Assembly: GCA_963675595.2 (NCBI GenBank)
Contig: CAXXLZ010000002.1
Span: 2,208,001 to 2,272,000, forward strand
Source of the DNA: Thermodesulfobacteriota bacterium
Lineage (GTDB): Bacteria > Desulfobacterota > Desulfarculia > JACQYL01
Length of the DNA: 64,000 bases
Direction of reading: 5' to 3'
Positions 8,927-17,703 of this stretch are shown piece after piece (the stretch's first letter is position 1; each line of letters opens with the position of its first letter). The notes beneath the pieces are model-generated. The model had not been told where the DNA came from. It searched no databases and was given only the letters and a program-made list of their open reading frames with translations. A program made the position numbers and the translations under genes.

Positions 8927-10476
8927 CTAGAGTTTAGAGCCATGCGGGGCAGCCAAGTTTGTATAGAAGAGCATAGTTCTCCAAGACGGGTTGAATACCG
9001 TTGACGTAAGGCTTTGAGATGATTGACTGAACACGGATATCAGGCAGCGCGCCCCAAGTCTTCCGGAGAATCGGTGAATTCCGGTTGGAATTTTTTGGAT
9101 TTCCGGTTCCACATGGCTCGCACGTTTAAGTTGCCGAAAAGACGACCGATGGCTGCGGCCATCCAGCCGGCGGTGGCGGGCCTGTTCTTTCTCCAAGGGA
9201 TTGGAAACATCGTATAGGCCGCGTTGGGACCCAGGCAGAGCGCCAAGAGCCGTGGCAAGCCGTAGGCCAGGCACAAGATCATGCTCCATCGAGCCAATGT
9301 CTGCCGTGTCTGCTGCCAAGCATTTTTCAGTCCGAACAGGTGCTTGATCTCGTTGAACATGGGCTCGGTCCACCATCGTCGTGCATAGCGTGTAATCACT
9401 TCCGCGCCGTCCATGTCGGGATCGGTACTGATCAGAAGATGCCAATCGGACCAAGAGGGGTTGTCGGACATAAACCGGCACCACACGATCTTGCACAACC
9501 GGCCGTCCAGGAAGCGGACTTTGGCTTTGGTTTGGTAGAACTGGAAAACTCGTTCCGAGCCGTAGGCAAAGAGGGTTTTCTCCACCGGACGACAGAATCG
9601 TCCGATGTTTTCCAACGTGAGTTTTTCCCCATACTTTCTGGGTCTGCCCCGTTTCTTCCGAGGCGGATTGTCCGGAGGCAAAAACAGGGCGGTATCTTTG
9701 CGGACTTGGCCGATGACCGTCACACCATCGCGAATCAGGGGAACCACCAGGGAGCTTTTCATATACCAGGCATCGAGCAGCAGAATAATGAGAAAGCGAT
9801 CCGGCAGCCAAGTCATGAGAACGGACATCAAGAGCCGCGCCGCGTCCAGTTTGGTGGTGTTCCCTTTTTTGCGGATGAGCCGAAACAAGAGGGGAAACGC
9901 GGCTACCCGGCCCTTGTGGCGGCAGATGACAGCCAGAGAAACCCGAAGCTGTCCCCACAGGAATTTGGGGCGGTTGGGCCGGTGCGCGTGATCGTAATGC
10001 CAACCGGCGCAGGGAGCTTTCTTGGACGATCTGGGCAAAGGGAAGTCGTCTATGGCGAACTCGATGGATCGGTTTGGAATCCGTTTCAGGATCAGGCGCA
10101 TCCATTGCCGGGCTAGCGCAAGCCATTGGAATCGGCCCTTTTCGATGGCCTTGTAATAGGCGGTCCAGGACAACTGGGGCCGAACGGCCAGAAGCGCGGA
10201 AGAAATATGGCCGCCGCGGCAGACCATACATCCCATCAGGAGTTCCAGAAGAGTCGGAGCTATTCTGCACGGAACGGCCTGAAATAGAAAGGAAATCCAC
10301 TGCGATAGGAGCATAAGTGCTTGAGCCGTCGAATCCATTGGTTGACCCCCAAGGAAAGGTTTCTTTCCTTAAAGGGCCGCCAAAGGCGGCCGCGCATCCG
10401 CGCGGCAATGTCAAGTACTTTGTTGTCTTTATTCGCATTTTTCCTATACCAAGGGTCGCCAGACTCTAAACTCTAG
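8927..10476 (-). mobile_element. IS701/IS4-superfamily insertion sequence, 1550 bp
   Basis: Perfect 13-bp terminal IR CTAGAGTTTAGAG; 8-bp flanking direct repeat TCCTTCAA (8919-8926, 10477-10484). Confidence 0.93.
9040..10338 (-). CDS. IS701-like DDE transposase
   Basis: Motifs FAIDDF..PR, LLDAWY and YARRWWTEPMFNEIK; single ORF filling the element. Confidence 0.88.
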   Translation of the reverse strand: MDSTAQALMLLSQWISFLFQAVPCRIAPTLLELLMGCMVCRGGHISSALLAVRPQLSWTAYYKAIEKGRFQWLALARQWMRLILKRIPNRSIEFAIDDFPLPRSSKKAPCAGWHYDHAHRPNRPKFLWGQLRVSLAVICRHKGRVAAFPLLFRLIRKKGNTTKLDAARLLMSVLMTWLPDRFLIILLLDAWYMKSSLVVPLIRDGVTVIGQVRKDTALFLPPDNPPRKKRGRPRKYGEKLTLENIGRFCRPVEKTLFAYGSERVFQFYQTKAKVRFLDGRLCKIVWCRFMSDNPSWSDWHLLISTDPDMDGAEVITRYARRWWTEPMFNEIKHLFGLKNAWQQTRQTLARWSMILCLAYGLPRLLALCLGPNAAYTMFPIPWRKNRPATAGWMAAAIGRLFGNLNVRAMWNRKSKKFQPEFTDSPEDLGRAA

Positions 10477-11004
10477 TCCTTCAACATCCTTGGCATATTC
10501 AGTCGCCAGTTCCTTTTGGGCCTCGCTGGCAGCCTCGCCTCGCAGGGTCACGATGCCGTCTTTGACCTCAACCTCGGTTGTGCCGGCGTTCACGCTGCGG
10601 CGGAACGAGAGGGAGGCTTTCACTTTCGTTCTGAGCCATGCGTCGGAGTTTGGGGTGGGGGGCACGCCTTTGAGTTCCAGCCTGTTGTCCACGCTTTCGA
10701 CCCCAGGCATGCCGGCTACGGTCTCAAAGGCCAAGGATTTATGGAATTCTTCGGAGACTGTACCCGTCAATGTGACATCGCCGTCCCTGGACTGAATTCT
10801 AATATCATCACCACTCAGGTAGGTCTTGAATACATACGACTTCCTGGCCGATGATTCGATGCGGTCATCCATTTCGGACGCGCACACAGGCATGCTGGTC
10901 ACCAACAGAGCGACTATCGCCACCATAAGGGCTACACTATATGTTGCTTTCAATCTACTTCCTCCGGAATGTGTCAATGAAAATGAGACACCTGTTTTCA
11001 GAAA

Positions 11005-12000
11005 TTAGACTCTCACGTCATCGCTCGACGGTTTGTTGATCCACGCGGCCTTGGGCAATTTTGGCGGCTGTGGCACCTTTCCTTTGAAACGGTTGGGGTT
11101 GCTCCGGAAGGCAGCCCGAAGAACTTGGCTGCGACACGCTACAATGTCCTGGGCGAGTCCGTAATGGAGCTGTTCGGGTGTGACCAACCCGATGCCTGAA
11201 TGCCGATGCTCGGGGTTGTACCAGGAGAAGAACTCCCGGCAGAAAGACCGGGCATCCTGGATTGATCCAAACCGTTTCGGGAATTTCGGGCAATACTTGA
11301 GGGTTTTAAACTGCGCCTCCGAGTAGGGGTTATCATTGCTGACATAGGGTCGGCTGTGGGTCTTGGTCACTCCAAGGTCTCCCATGAACTCGGCTACGGA
11401 CTTCGCTTTCATCGCCGGGCCTCGATCCGCATGGATGATGAGTTGGCCGGACTTGATATCCTGCTTGAAGCACGTCTCTTCGATGAGTTGCCTGGCCAAA
11501 GCGGCGCTTTCCCGATGGGCCACCATCCAGCCGACCACGTAGCGGCTGAAGATGTCCATGATCACGTAAAGATGGAAATAGGTCCACTTCACAGGCCCTT
11601 TTAGCTTCGTAATATCCCAGGACCACACTTTGTTGGGTCCGGTCGCAAGCAACTCGGGCTTTTTATAGACAGGCCGCCGCGCCTGCTTTCTTCGCTCTTT
11701 GACATCACCGGATTCCGCTTTGAGAATCCGGTACATGGTCCGGATAGAGCAGTAGTACTGTCCTTCATCGAGCAAGACGGCAAAGACCTGACGGGGAGCA
11801 TCATCCTGAAAACGGGAGCTGTTAAGCAGATCGACCACGGTTTCCCGCTCCTGGGGGTTCAGAGCCAAGGGAGGCGCCGGCCGAGGTGTGCGGGCCGCCG
11901 CCGGCTTCAGGCGGCGATAGAAACTCGCACGGGGCAGGCCCATGGCTCCACATGCCTGCACGGTTCCCACCTCGGTGCGCAGCTCCATCGCCGCGCTCAT
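11005..12000 (-). CDS. IS3 OrfB (rve integrase/DDE)
   Basis: WSWDIT, HADRG and DNPYSEAQFKTLK motifs. Confidence 0.92.
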   Translation of the reverse strand: MSAAMELRTEVGTVQACGAMGLPRASFYRRLKPAAARTPRPAPPLALNPQERETVVDLLNSSRFQDDAPRQVFAVLLDEGQYYCSIRTMYRILKAESGDVKERRKQARRPVYKKPELLATGPNKVWSWDITKLKGPVKWTYFHLYVIMDIFSRYVVGWMVAHRESAALARQLIEETCFKQDIKSGQLIIHADRGPAMKAKSVAEFMGDLGVTKTHSRPYVSNDNPYSEAQFKTLKYCPKFPKRFGSIQDARSFCREFFSWYNPEHRHSGIGLVTPEQLHYGLAQDIVACRSQVLRAAFRSNPNRFKGKVPQPPKLPKAAWINKPSSDDVRV

Positions 12001-12488
12001 GAACTGCTCCCGTCGTCGTCCAGGTCCGGCTGAGCGATCCCCAGTATCTCCGAGATTTTTTTTTGAACTTCGATGATGGTTCGCGCCTGTTTCAGTTGAT
12101 TCTCGAGACGGCGGTTCTCCCTTTCAAGCCGGGCCACCCGCTCTGCCATAGGGTTCTTCTGCTTGGGCTTCCGGCCTCGCTTCTTTGGCCCAAGCGCCCT
12201 CAACTGCCCCTGGTCACGTTGTCTACGCCATGTCGCCAGACTCGAAGAATACAGGCCTTCTCGCCGAAGTAGAGCCCCGAGCCGGCCCGGTTCAGTACAC
12301 GCATCGGCTTCCTCCAGGATTCTCAGCTTGTACCGGGCTGTAAATCTGCGACGAGGCTTCTTCTCTGGAACCTCCGGGTCGGGGACCGTGACGTGCTTCC
12401 CGATCGTGGTAACTCCGGTCGTCCTACGGACTCCCTCCGTTACCACGATTCCCTCATCCGGATTCTCTTTCTCTCTGTGCCTCATCAT
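11997..12488 (-). CDS. IS3 OrfA (HTH plus leucine zipper) with -1 frameshift site
   Basis: RRRFTARYKLRIL..LRREGLYSS..WRRQ; A9 run at 12056-12064 whose -1 frame is open into orfB. Confidence 0.88.
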   Translation of the reverse strand: MMRHREKENPDEGIVVTEGVRRTTGVTTIGKHVTVPDPEVPEKKPRRRFTARYKLRILEEADACTEPGRLGALLRREGLYSSSLATWRRQRDQGQLRALGPKKRGRKPKQKNPMAERVARLERENRRLENQLKQARTIIEVQKKISEILGIAQPDLDDDGSSS

Positions 12489-12620
12489 GCTCCATCTCCT
12501 ACCCGCCCTACACTAATTTATCAACGGGTAGGTGTCTCACTCTCATTGGCACAGAGGGTCCTTGCTATTGGTACGTTTTGTCTTTGCCTTTCAGAGCTTT
12601 TCACACCGAATACCTTATGT

Positions 12621-12800
12621 CTACTTTCCCAGGACCTTCTCGATTTGGCCGATCTTTTTCTGAACTTCCCCGGTTATCTTTTCGTCTTTGCCTTCGGCTT
12701 CCAACCCTGGATTGTCACTTAGGTTCCCTGCGGCCTCCTTGATCTTACCTTTCATTTGGTGAAACGTGCCCTTCGCTTGATCCTTCGTGCTGGATTTCAT
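12621..12800 (-). CDS. csbD: CsbD-family general stress protein (59 aa)
   Basis: MKSSTKDQAKGTFHQMKGKIKEAAGNLSDNPGLEAEGKDEKITGEVQKKIGQIEKVLGK; GAGGA RBS; not in the ORF track. Confidence 0.9.
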   Translation of the reverse strand: MKSSTKDQAKGTFHQMKGKIKEAAGNLSDNPGLEAEGKDEKITGEVQKKIGQIEKVLGK

Positions 12801-12953
12801 TGTATTAGTCCTCTCTGTAAATCTTCTGGTGAAATGTTTGTGTGCGAAAACTTTCCTACTGGGAGTGGGCTAAGGTTCGGAAAGATTTTGCTGTAGGGCT
12901 GCCGAGCACCTCCTTTTCAAATACCACACCTTCTCCGGCGAGGGCCCAAATTG

Positions 12954-13103
12954 CTACAATCCTCTTCGTCCCTGAATAAGTTGAACCACAATAACGATGA
13001 TGGCGACGACCAGCAGGATGTGAATAAACCCTCCCATCGTGTAATTGCTCACTAACCCCAGCAGCCACAGTACTGCCATTATCACAGCAATCGTCCAAAG
13101 CAT
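12954..13103 (-). CDS. lmo0937-family small membrane protein (49 aa)
   Basis: MLWTIAVIMAVLWLLGLVSNYTMGGFIHILLVVAIIVIVVQLIQGRRGL; AAGGAG RBS. Confidence 0.9.
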   Translation of the reverse strand: MLWTIAVIMAVLWLLGLVSNYTMGGFIHILLVVAIIVIVVQLIQGRRGL

Positions 13104-13229
13104 GTTCGACTCCTTTCTGACAACGTCAAAATCTTTGTTATTGTCAAATGTTTTGTGTAAAATTGCTGTTTGCCGGAATTCTAATGAACGGCAAGTTCGG
13201 CGCGACTTTTCCTATGGGCTTTGACCTCC

Positions 13230-13375
13230 ACCTGAATCAGTGACCTGTTTACCAGCCCTTTCCTATCTCTGTTTTGGCCACTTTGAGTTCCAGTATGGGC
13301 GTATGCGCCCCGCCAATCTTTGTAATGTACACGACACCCGGTTCATCAACTATCGCTCGTGCTATCTTCTTTCAT
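13230..13375 (-). pseudogene. khpA: KhpA (KH-domain RNA-binding protein) pseudogene, copy 1
   Basis: MKE-(frameshift)-IARAIVDEPGVVYITKIGGAHTPILELKVAKTEIGK-(frameshift)-GKQ. Confidence 0.8.
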
Positions 13376-13483
13376 GGCGCAACCGTTCTCTTGGTTTGAT
13401 CTCAAATGGACGATAGCAATGACGGCGGCCGTGACCAATCCTCCAAGAGCCTTGGCGTTTTAGTTTGTCGTATTTTGAGATAT

Positions 13484-13498
13484 TCAAGCTTTATGCCA
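13484..13498 (-). promoter_or_regulatory. Sigma54 -24/-12 promoter, copy 1
   Basis: TGGCATAAAGCTTGA gives GG-N10-GA with exact spacing; IHF-like AATCAG-N4-ATA about 30-40 bp upstream. Confidence 0.7.
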
Positions 13499-13594
13499 GA
13501 GCTGCAAAACTTAGCTTTTTGTTACGTATCATTCTGATTTATATAAAGAACCAGTTTTAGAAGCACCGGCAAGGCAATTACAGATAGGCGCAAA

Positions 13595-13637
13595 AACGAG
13601 GGTCATATTTGACCAGTGGCCATATATGACCCTCGTT
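13595..13637. promoter_or_regulatory. Putative upstream activator sequence (tandem palindromes), copy 1
   Basis: GGTCATATTTGACC (13601-13614) and GGCCATATATGACC (13618-13631) within 14-bp perfect outer IR arms. Confidence 0.75.
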
Positions 13638-14042
13638 CAAGGGTCTTCGGTGTGGTATGGAGGCATGACGGAACAAAAATGGAAATGACTACCGAACGAT
13701 TTCCTGCCCTGCATTTTGATTGCGGTTGACAATTTAATAAGTGGAATGCTGCAATGGCTTTTGTTTAGCTATCAATCTTAATGTCGCTAATACTCGAGGT
13801 GGAAACCTCTACATGAAATATCGTGCCGTGCGAAGTACCTGGAATTCTTCTTTTTCCCCCTTTGATTTGTCGATAATGGCCCCTATTTCAACGAACCTGT
13901 GTCCTTCTTGAGCCGCAAACAAATCAGCCACACGCTTCCCCGTAACTTCTTCAGGGAACTCATACTCGTGGAATGCCCCCCGATAATTGGTCCATGTATA
14001 ATGAGAGTCTGAATGCCCAAAGAACGGAAGGAGACTTTTTGC

Positions 14043-14324
14043 ATGGCCAAGAGAAAGAGACACAGCGCGGAGCAAATCATCCGGAAACTTGAAGACGCGG
14101 ACCGTCGTCTGACGGCAGGGCAGACGATAGCGCAGGTTTGCCAATCGCTGGAGGTGAGCGAGGCGACGTACCACCGGTGGCGAAACCAGTATGGGGGGAT
14201 GAAGGCTGAGGAGGCCAAACGGCTAAAAGAACTGGAAAAGGAAAATGCACGCTTAAAAAAGCTGGTCGCCGATCTGATGTTGGACAAGGCAATGCTGAAG
14301 GATCTTGCGGAGGGAAACTTCTAA
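14043..14324 (+). CDS. IS3 OrfA
   Basis: MAKRKRHSAEQIIRKL..SEATYHRWRNQYGGM..LKELEKENARLKK; GGGAAAC slippery site at 14312-14318. Confidence 0.92.
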   Translation: MAKRKRHSAEQIIRKLEDADRRLTAGQTIAQVCQSLEVSEATYHRWRNQYGGMKAEEAKRLKELEKENARLKKLVADLMLDKAMLKDLAEGNF

Positions 14325-15223
14325 GCCCGGCGCGTCGTAGGAAAGCGGTTGATTATGTTCGAAGTGAACATGCCGCTTCAGAGCGTCGGGCCTGCCGCGT
14401 AGCCGGTCAACACCGATCCACCCAACGTTATGAGCCGAAGGAACGGGACGATGAGGTGGAACTGATCAAGGCTCTTCACCGGTTGGTTGGAGAACATCCC
14501 CGTTTTGGATGCCGTAGGATCACTCGGCTGCTGCGTGATGCGGGGTGGGCGGTAAACTACAAGCGAATTCATAGACTTTGGAAAGAGGAGGGATTCAAGG
14601 TACCTCGAAAAGCCAAGAAGAAACGCTTCCTGGGAGTTGATGCCAATGCGTGCAACAAGCGTAAGGCGGCTTTTGCAAATGATGTCTGGACGTTGGATTT
14701 CATTCATGACCGCTTGGTCGACGGCCGTCAGTTCAAGTGCTTGGCCATTGTCGACGAGTTTACTCGGGAAAACCTGGCCCTGAGGATCAACCGCTCCATT
14801 ACGGGTGAAGACGTTTTGAACGAGCTGAGCCGATTGATGGGCGAGCGGGGAGTTCCAACGGGCATTCGATCGGATAACGGTCCCGAATTTATAGCCCAAA
14901 AGGTGAGAAATTGGCTGAAAGACCTGGGAGTGGGAACCTTTTTCGTCGAGCCGGGAGCCCCTTGGCAGAACGGGTACGTGGAAAGTTTCAACAGCCGTTT
15001 TCGGGATGAATTCTTGAACATGGAAATTTTCAACAACATCAAGGAAGCGCAGACTCTGGCCGCCAAATGGCGGAAAGTCTATAACGAGGAAAGACCGCAC
15101 AGTGCATTGAATTACATGACCCCGGCCCGGTTCGCGGCGAGCCCTTGGGGCCTCGACTCCGCCTCGCTCAGCTCGGCTTCGCCGTGGCCCCAAGGGCCGG
15201 GGATGGAAAACCGCGAGTCATGA
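14312..15223 (+). CDS. IS3 OrfB (expressed by -1 frameshift)
   Basis: The -1 frame is open from the slippery site (KLLSPARRR..SERRAC); WTLDF, RSDNGPEF and NGYVESFN motifs. Confidence 0.92.
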   Translation, partial: GKLLSPARRRKAVDYVRSEHAASERRACRVAGQHRSTQRYEPKERDDEVELIKALHRLVGEHPRFGCRRITRLLRDAGWAVNYKRIHRLWKEEGFKVPRKAKKKRFLGVDANACNKRKAAFANDVWTLDFIHDRLVDGRQFKCLAIVDEFTRENLALRINRSITGEDVLNELSRLMGERGVPTGIRSDNGPEFIAQKVRNWLKDLGVGTFFVEPGAPWQNGYVESFNSRFRDEFLNMEIFNNIKEAQTLAAKWRKVYNEERPHSALNYMTPARFAASPWGLDSASLSSASPWPQGPGMENRES

Positions 15224-15552
15224 TAAAACTCTCATAACTCCTGGACCAAAAACTGGGGGCTTGACACTCGAACATCCTGTGGAAAGCAGGATTGACATAT
15301 TTGATACGCCCTTTTTTGTCCGTGATTAGAACCCCGCTTGCGGCACAGTTTAATGCGGCCCGGGCGGTATTCAATTCTTCCTCGACCCGCCTTCGCTCGC
15401 TGGATACTTTTTTTCCCGCCTTGACCTTCTTTCCCCGCTTTTCATGAGTTGATTTCCTATTCATCAGAGAATCCTCCGGTCTTTTTGATCGGATCTTCCG
15501 CTTTTTCGATTAGGCCTTCTTTTTGGTATGAAATGGAGCGATAGCTAGCTTG

Positions 15553-17700
15553 CTAATCCTTCAAAGCCTGTTCCAAACTTTTGGAATAGAACTTTTCAAT
15601 GTATTGCTTGACCATCCGGCGAGCGGAGAATCCGGCTGCATTGCTTTTAATGGATTCCTTCATCAGCCGGACCCATTCGTGGGGAATGCTGCTTTCAAAC
15701 ATATTGTAATAAAGCGGTATGATCTCATCTTCCAGAATGCGGTAAATCTTTTCGGCATCGCTAGCATCCGGGTTCGCAGAGCTTCCGTCATGTTCCACAG
15801 CCCAACCGTTTTTCCCGTTGAAACCCTCCACCCACCAACCGTCTAGTAAGCTCAAGTGGGGAACACCGTTCAGTGCGGCTTTCATGCCACTCGTCCCGCA
15901 GGCCTCAAAAGGAGGCAGCGGGTTGTTCAGCCATATATCCACCCCATGCACCAGGTACTGCGCCAATTGTTCGCCGTAATCCTCCACAAAGGCAATTCTG
16001 CCTCCAAGCCGCGGATCGCGCGCCAGGGTGATCAGGTTCTGCAAAAGCCGTTTGCCGAGATCGTCCGCGGGGTGGGCTTTGCCGGCAAAGATGATCTGTA
16101 TGGGACGCCGGCGGTCATTGAGATGTTTTTTGAGGCGCTCCATATCCTGGAAGATCAACAGGGCTCTTTTGTAGGTGGCGAACCGGCGGGCAAAGCCTAA
16201 AGTAAGAACCGAGGGATCCAGAAAAGCGCCACCGGCAAGCATGATGGAGGGGCTGGTATCACCGTCGGTCCAGCGCCGGCGCACACGTTCCCGGATCGCA
16301 TCGATCAGTTTCACCTTGAGCCAGTAGTGCGTTTGCCACAACTCGGTGTCGGGAACATTGTCGAGAAGCTGCCAGGTGGCCGGATCGTCTTGCTTATCCA
16401 GCCAATCGGCTCCGAGGTGCTTGTCCAGCAGAAGCCCCATTTTCGGTTCGATCCAGGTGGGCACGTGGATGCCGTTGGTGACGTAATCGATGGGGACCTG
16501 ATCTTCCGGCACGCCGGGCCAGAGACTCCGCCACATCTGTCTCGAGACTTGAGCGTGCCGTTTGCTCACAGCGTTACGACAGCCGGATAACCTCAGCCCA
16601 AAAGCCGTCATGTTGAATCCTGCCTCCGGTTTTTCCGGATGGATTCCTAATTGGAAAAACGCGTCGCGATCAAGACCCAGGTCAGGCCAGTACGAATGAA
16701 AGTACTTCTCGATCAACTGAAAGGGGAAAACATCGTGACCCGCGGGAACGGGGGTGTGTGTTGTGAAGATAGTGGTATTGATATTTTTTTCGCGCGCGGC
16801 TGCAAAATCCTTGCCCGCTGATACCGTTCTCCTGATACGTTCCAAAAGAGCGAAGGCCGCATGGCCCTCGTTCAAGTGTAGGAGGTAATGATCTACCCCT
16901 AAAGTCTTGAGCACCTCTGCACCACCTAGCCCCAGGACGATTTCCTGGCGCAGGCGTTGCTCAAGATCGCCGACGTAGAGCCGGGCGGTGATGCCTCTGT
17001 TCCAGGGGTCGTTGATTTCGACATTCGTGTCCATTAGATAGAGGGAAATCCGTCCGACGGCGACCTTCCAAACCGCGACATAGATGGGGGGATCGGTCAG
17101 CGGCACCTTGACCACGAGCTGCCGACCGTCCTTGCCCGTCACTTTGGAAATAGGGGCGGCCTCGCGGTTGATGGACTCGATGAGATTCTCCTGCCACCCG
17201 TCATCTCGGATCTGTTGCCGGAGATAGCCCTCCGGATACATGAAACCAACAGCGACCAGCGGGAGGCATAAGTCGCTGCATTCTTTTATGTAATCTCCCG
17301 CCAAAAAGCCCAATCCGCCTGCATAGAAGGGTAAAGAGCGATGGAGACCGTATTCGGCGGAAAAGTAGGCCACGGCATACTTGTGATCCCGGGAAACAAC
17401 CCCCAACAGAGGGCATACTTTTTGTTCCATGTACTTATGGAACACATCCAGCACGGCATCATACCGACGCAGGTAGTCGGCATCGGCGGCGGCCTTTTCC
17501 AGAAGCTCGCGGGGAAACTCCCTGAGCATCTTGTCGGGGTTGTGACCGCTTTCCTTCCAGGCCTGCCGATCGAGTGCCTTGAAGAGCATTCGTGCGCCCG
17601 GATTCCAGCTCCACCATAGATTTTCCGCCAGCTCCTCCAATCCTTCAAGGCGCTCCGGCAAATGGGGAAACAGAGATTGTGCGGTATTCATTTCTTGCAT
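15553..17700 (-). CDS. glgP: Alpha-glucan (glycogen/starch) phosphorylase
   Basis: YFSAEYG, GGLGFLAGD, FARRFATYKR and PLP-lysine motif EACGTSGMKA. Confidence 0.95.
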   Translation of the reverse strand: MQEMNTAQSLFPHLPERLEGLEELAENLWWSWNPGARMLFKALDRQAWKESGHNPDKMLREFPRELLEKAAADADYLRRYDAVLDVFHKYMEQKVCPLLGVVSRDHKYAVAYFSAEYGLHRSLPFYAGGLGFLAGDYIKECSDLCLPLVAVGFMYPEGYLRQQIRDDGWQENLIESINREAAPISKVTGKDGRQLVVKVPLTDPPIYVAVWKVAVGRISLYLMDTNVEINDPWNRGITARLYVGDLEQRLRQEIVLGLGGAEVLKTLGVDHYLLHLNEGHAAFALLERIRRTVSAGKDFAAAREKNINTTIFTTHTPVPAGHDVFPFQLIEKYFHSYWPDLGLDRDAFFQLGIHPEKPEAGFNMTAFGLRLSGCRNAVSKRHAQVSRQMWRSLWPGVPEDQVPIDYVTNGIHVPTWIEPKMGLLLDKHLGADWLDKQDDPATWQLLDNVPDTELWQTHYWLKVKLIDAIRERVRRRWTDGDTSPSIMLAGGAFLDPSVLTLGFARRFATYKRALLIFQDMERLKKHLNDRRRPIQIIFAGKAHPADDLGKRLLQNLITLARDPRLGGRIAFVEDYGEQLAQYLVHGVDIWLNNPLPPFEACGTSGMKAALNGVPHLSLLDGWWVEGFNGKNGWAVEHDGSSANPDASDAEKIYRILEDEIIPLYYNMFESSIPHEWVRLMKESIKSNAAGFSARRMVKQYIEKFYSKSLEQALKD

Positions 17701-17703
17701 ATT

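Larger units (their letters stand above)
8628..10953 (-). pseudogene. Three-BON-domain (OsmY-like) periplasmic protein interrupted by an IS
   Basis: TTG start at 10953 after GGAGGA. Removing 8927..10476 plus one TSD copy restores ...YAKDVEGVKDVKNEMTVS...DDASITAQVK. Confidence 0.9.
10964..12558 (-). mobile_element. IS3-family element
   Basis: 24-bp IR with 3 mismatches (10970-10993 / 12530-12553); candidate 4-bp TSD TCCT (10960-10963, 12559-12562); orfA/orfB layout. Confidence 0.88.
13969..15266 (+). mobile_element. IS3-family (IS407-group-like) element, 1298 bp
   Basis: TG...CA ends, imperfect IR of about 25 bp, 4-bp TSD CTCG (13965-13968, 15267-15270). Confidence 0.93.
13790..15464 (-). 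pseudogene. Stand-alone PAS-domain protein interrupted by IS3
   Basis: Joining across the IS gives ...GVLITDKKGRIKYVNPAFHRMFEYEFPEEVTGKRVADLF...; a further frameshift precedes GTIFHVEVS. Confidence 0.8.

Noticed and set aside
8927-10438. 503-aa same-strand alternative-frame ORF spanning the IS
   Set aside because: Low-complexity R/S/P-rich translation with no domain; the transposase frame explains the sequence.
13230-13440. Stand-alone ncRNA or riboswitch in the duplicated leader
   Set aside because: Most of the similarity is explained by khpA pseudogenes and no known riboswitch consensus is visible; only one stem was kept as a tentative finding.
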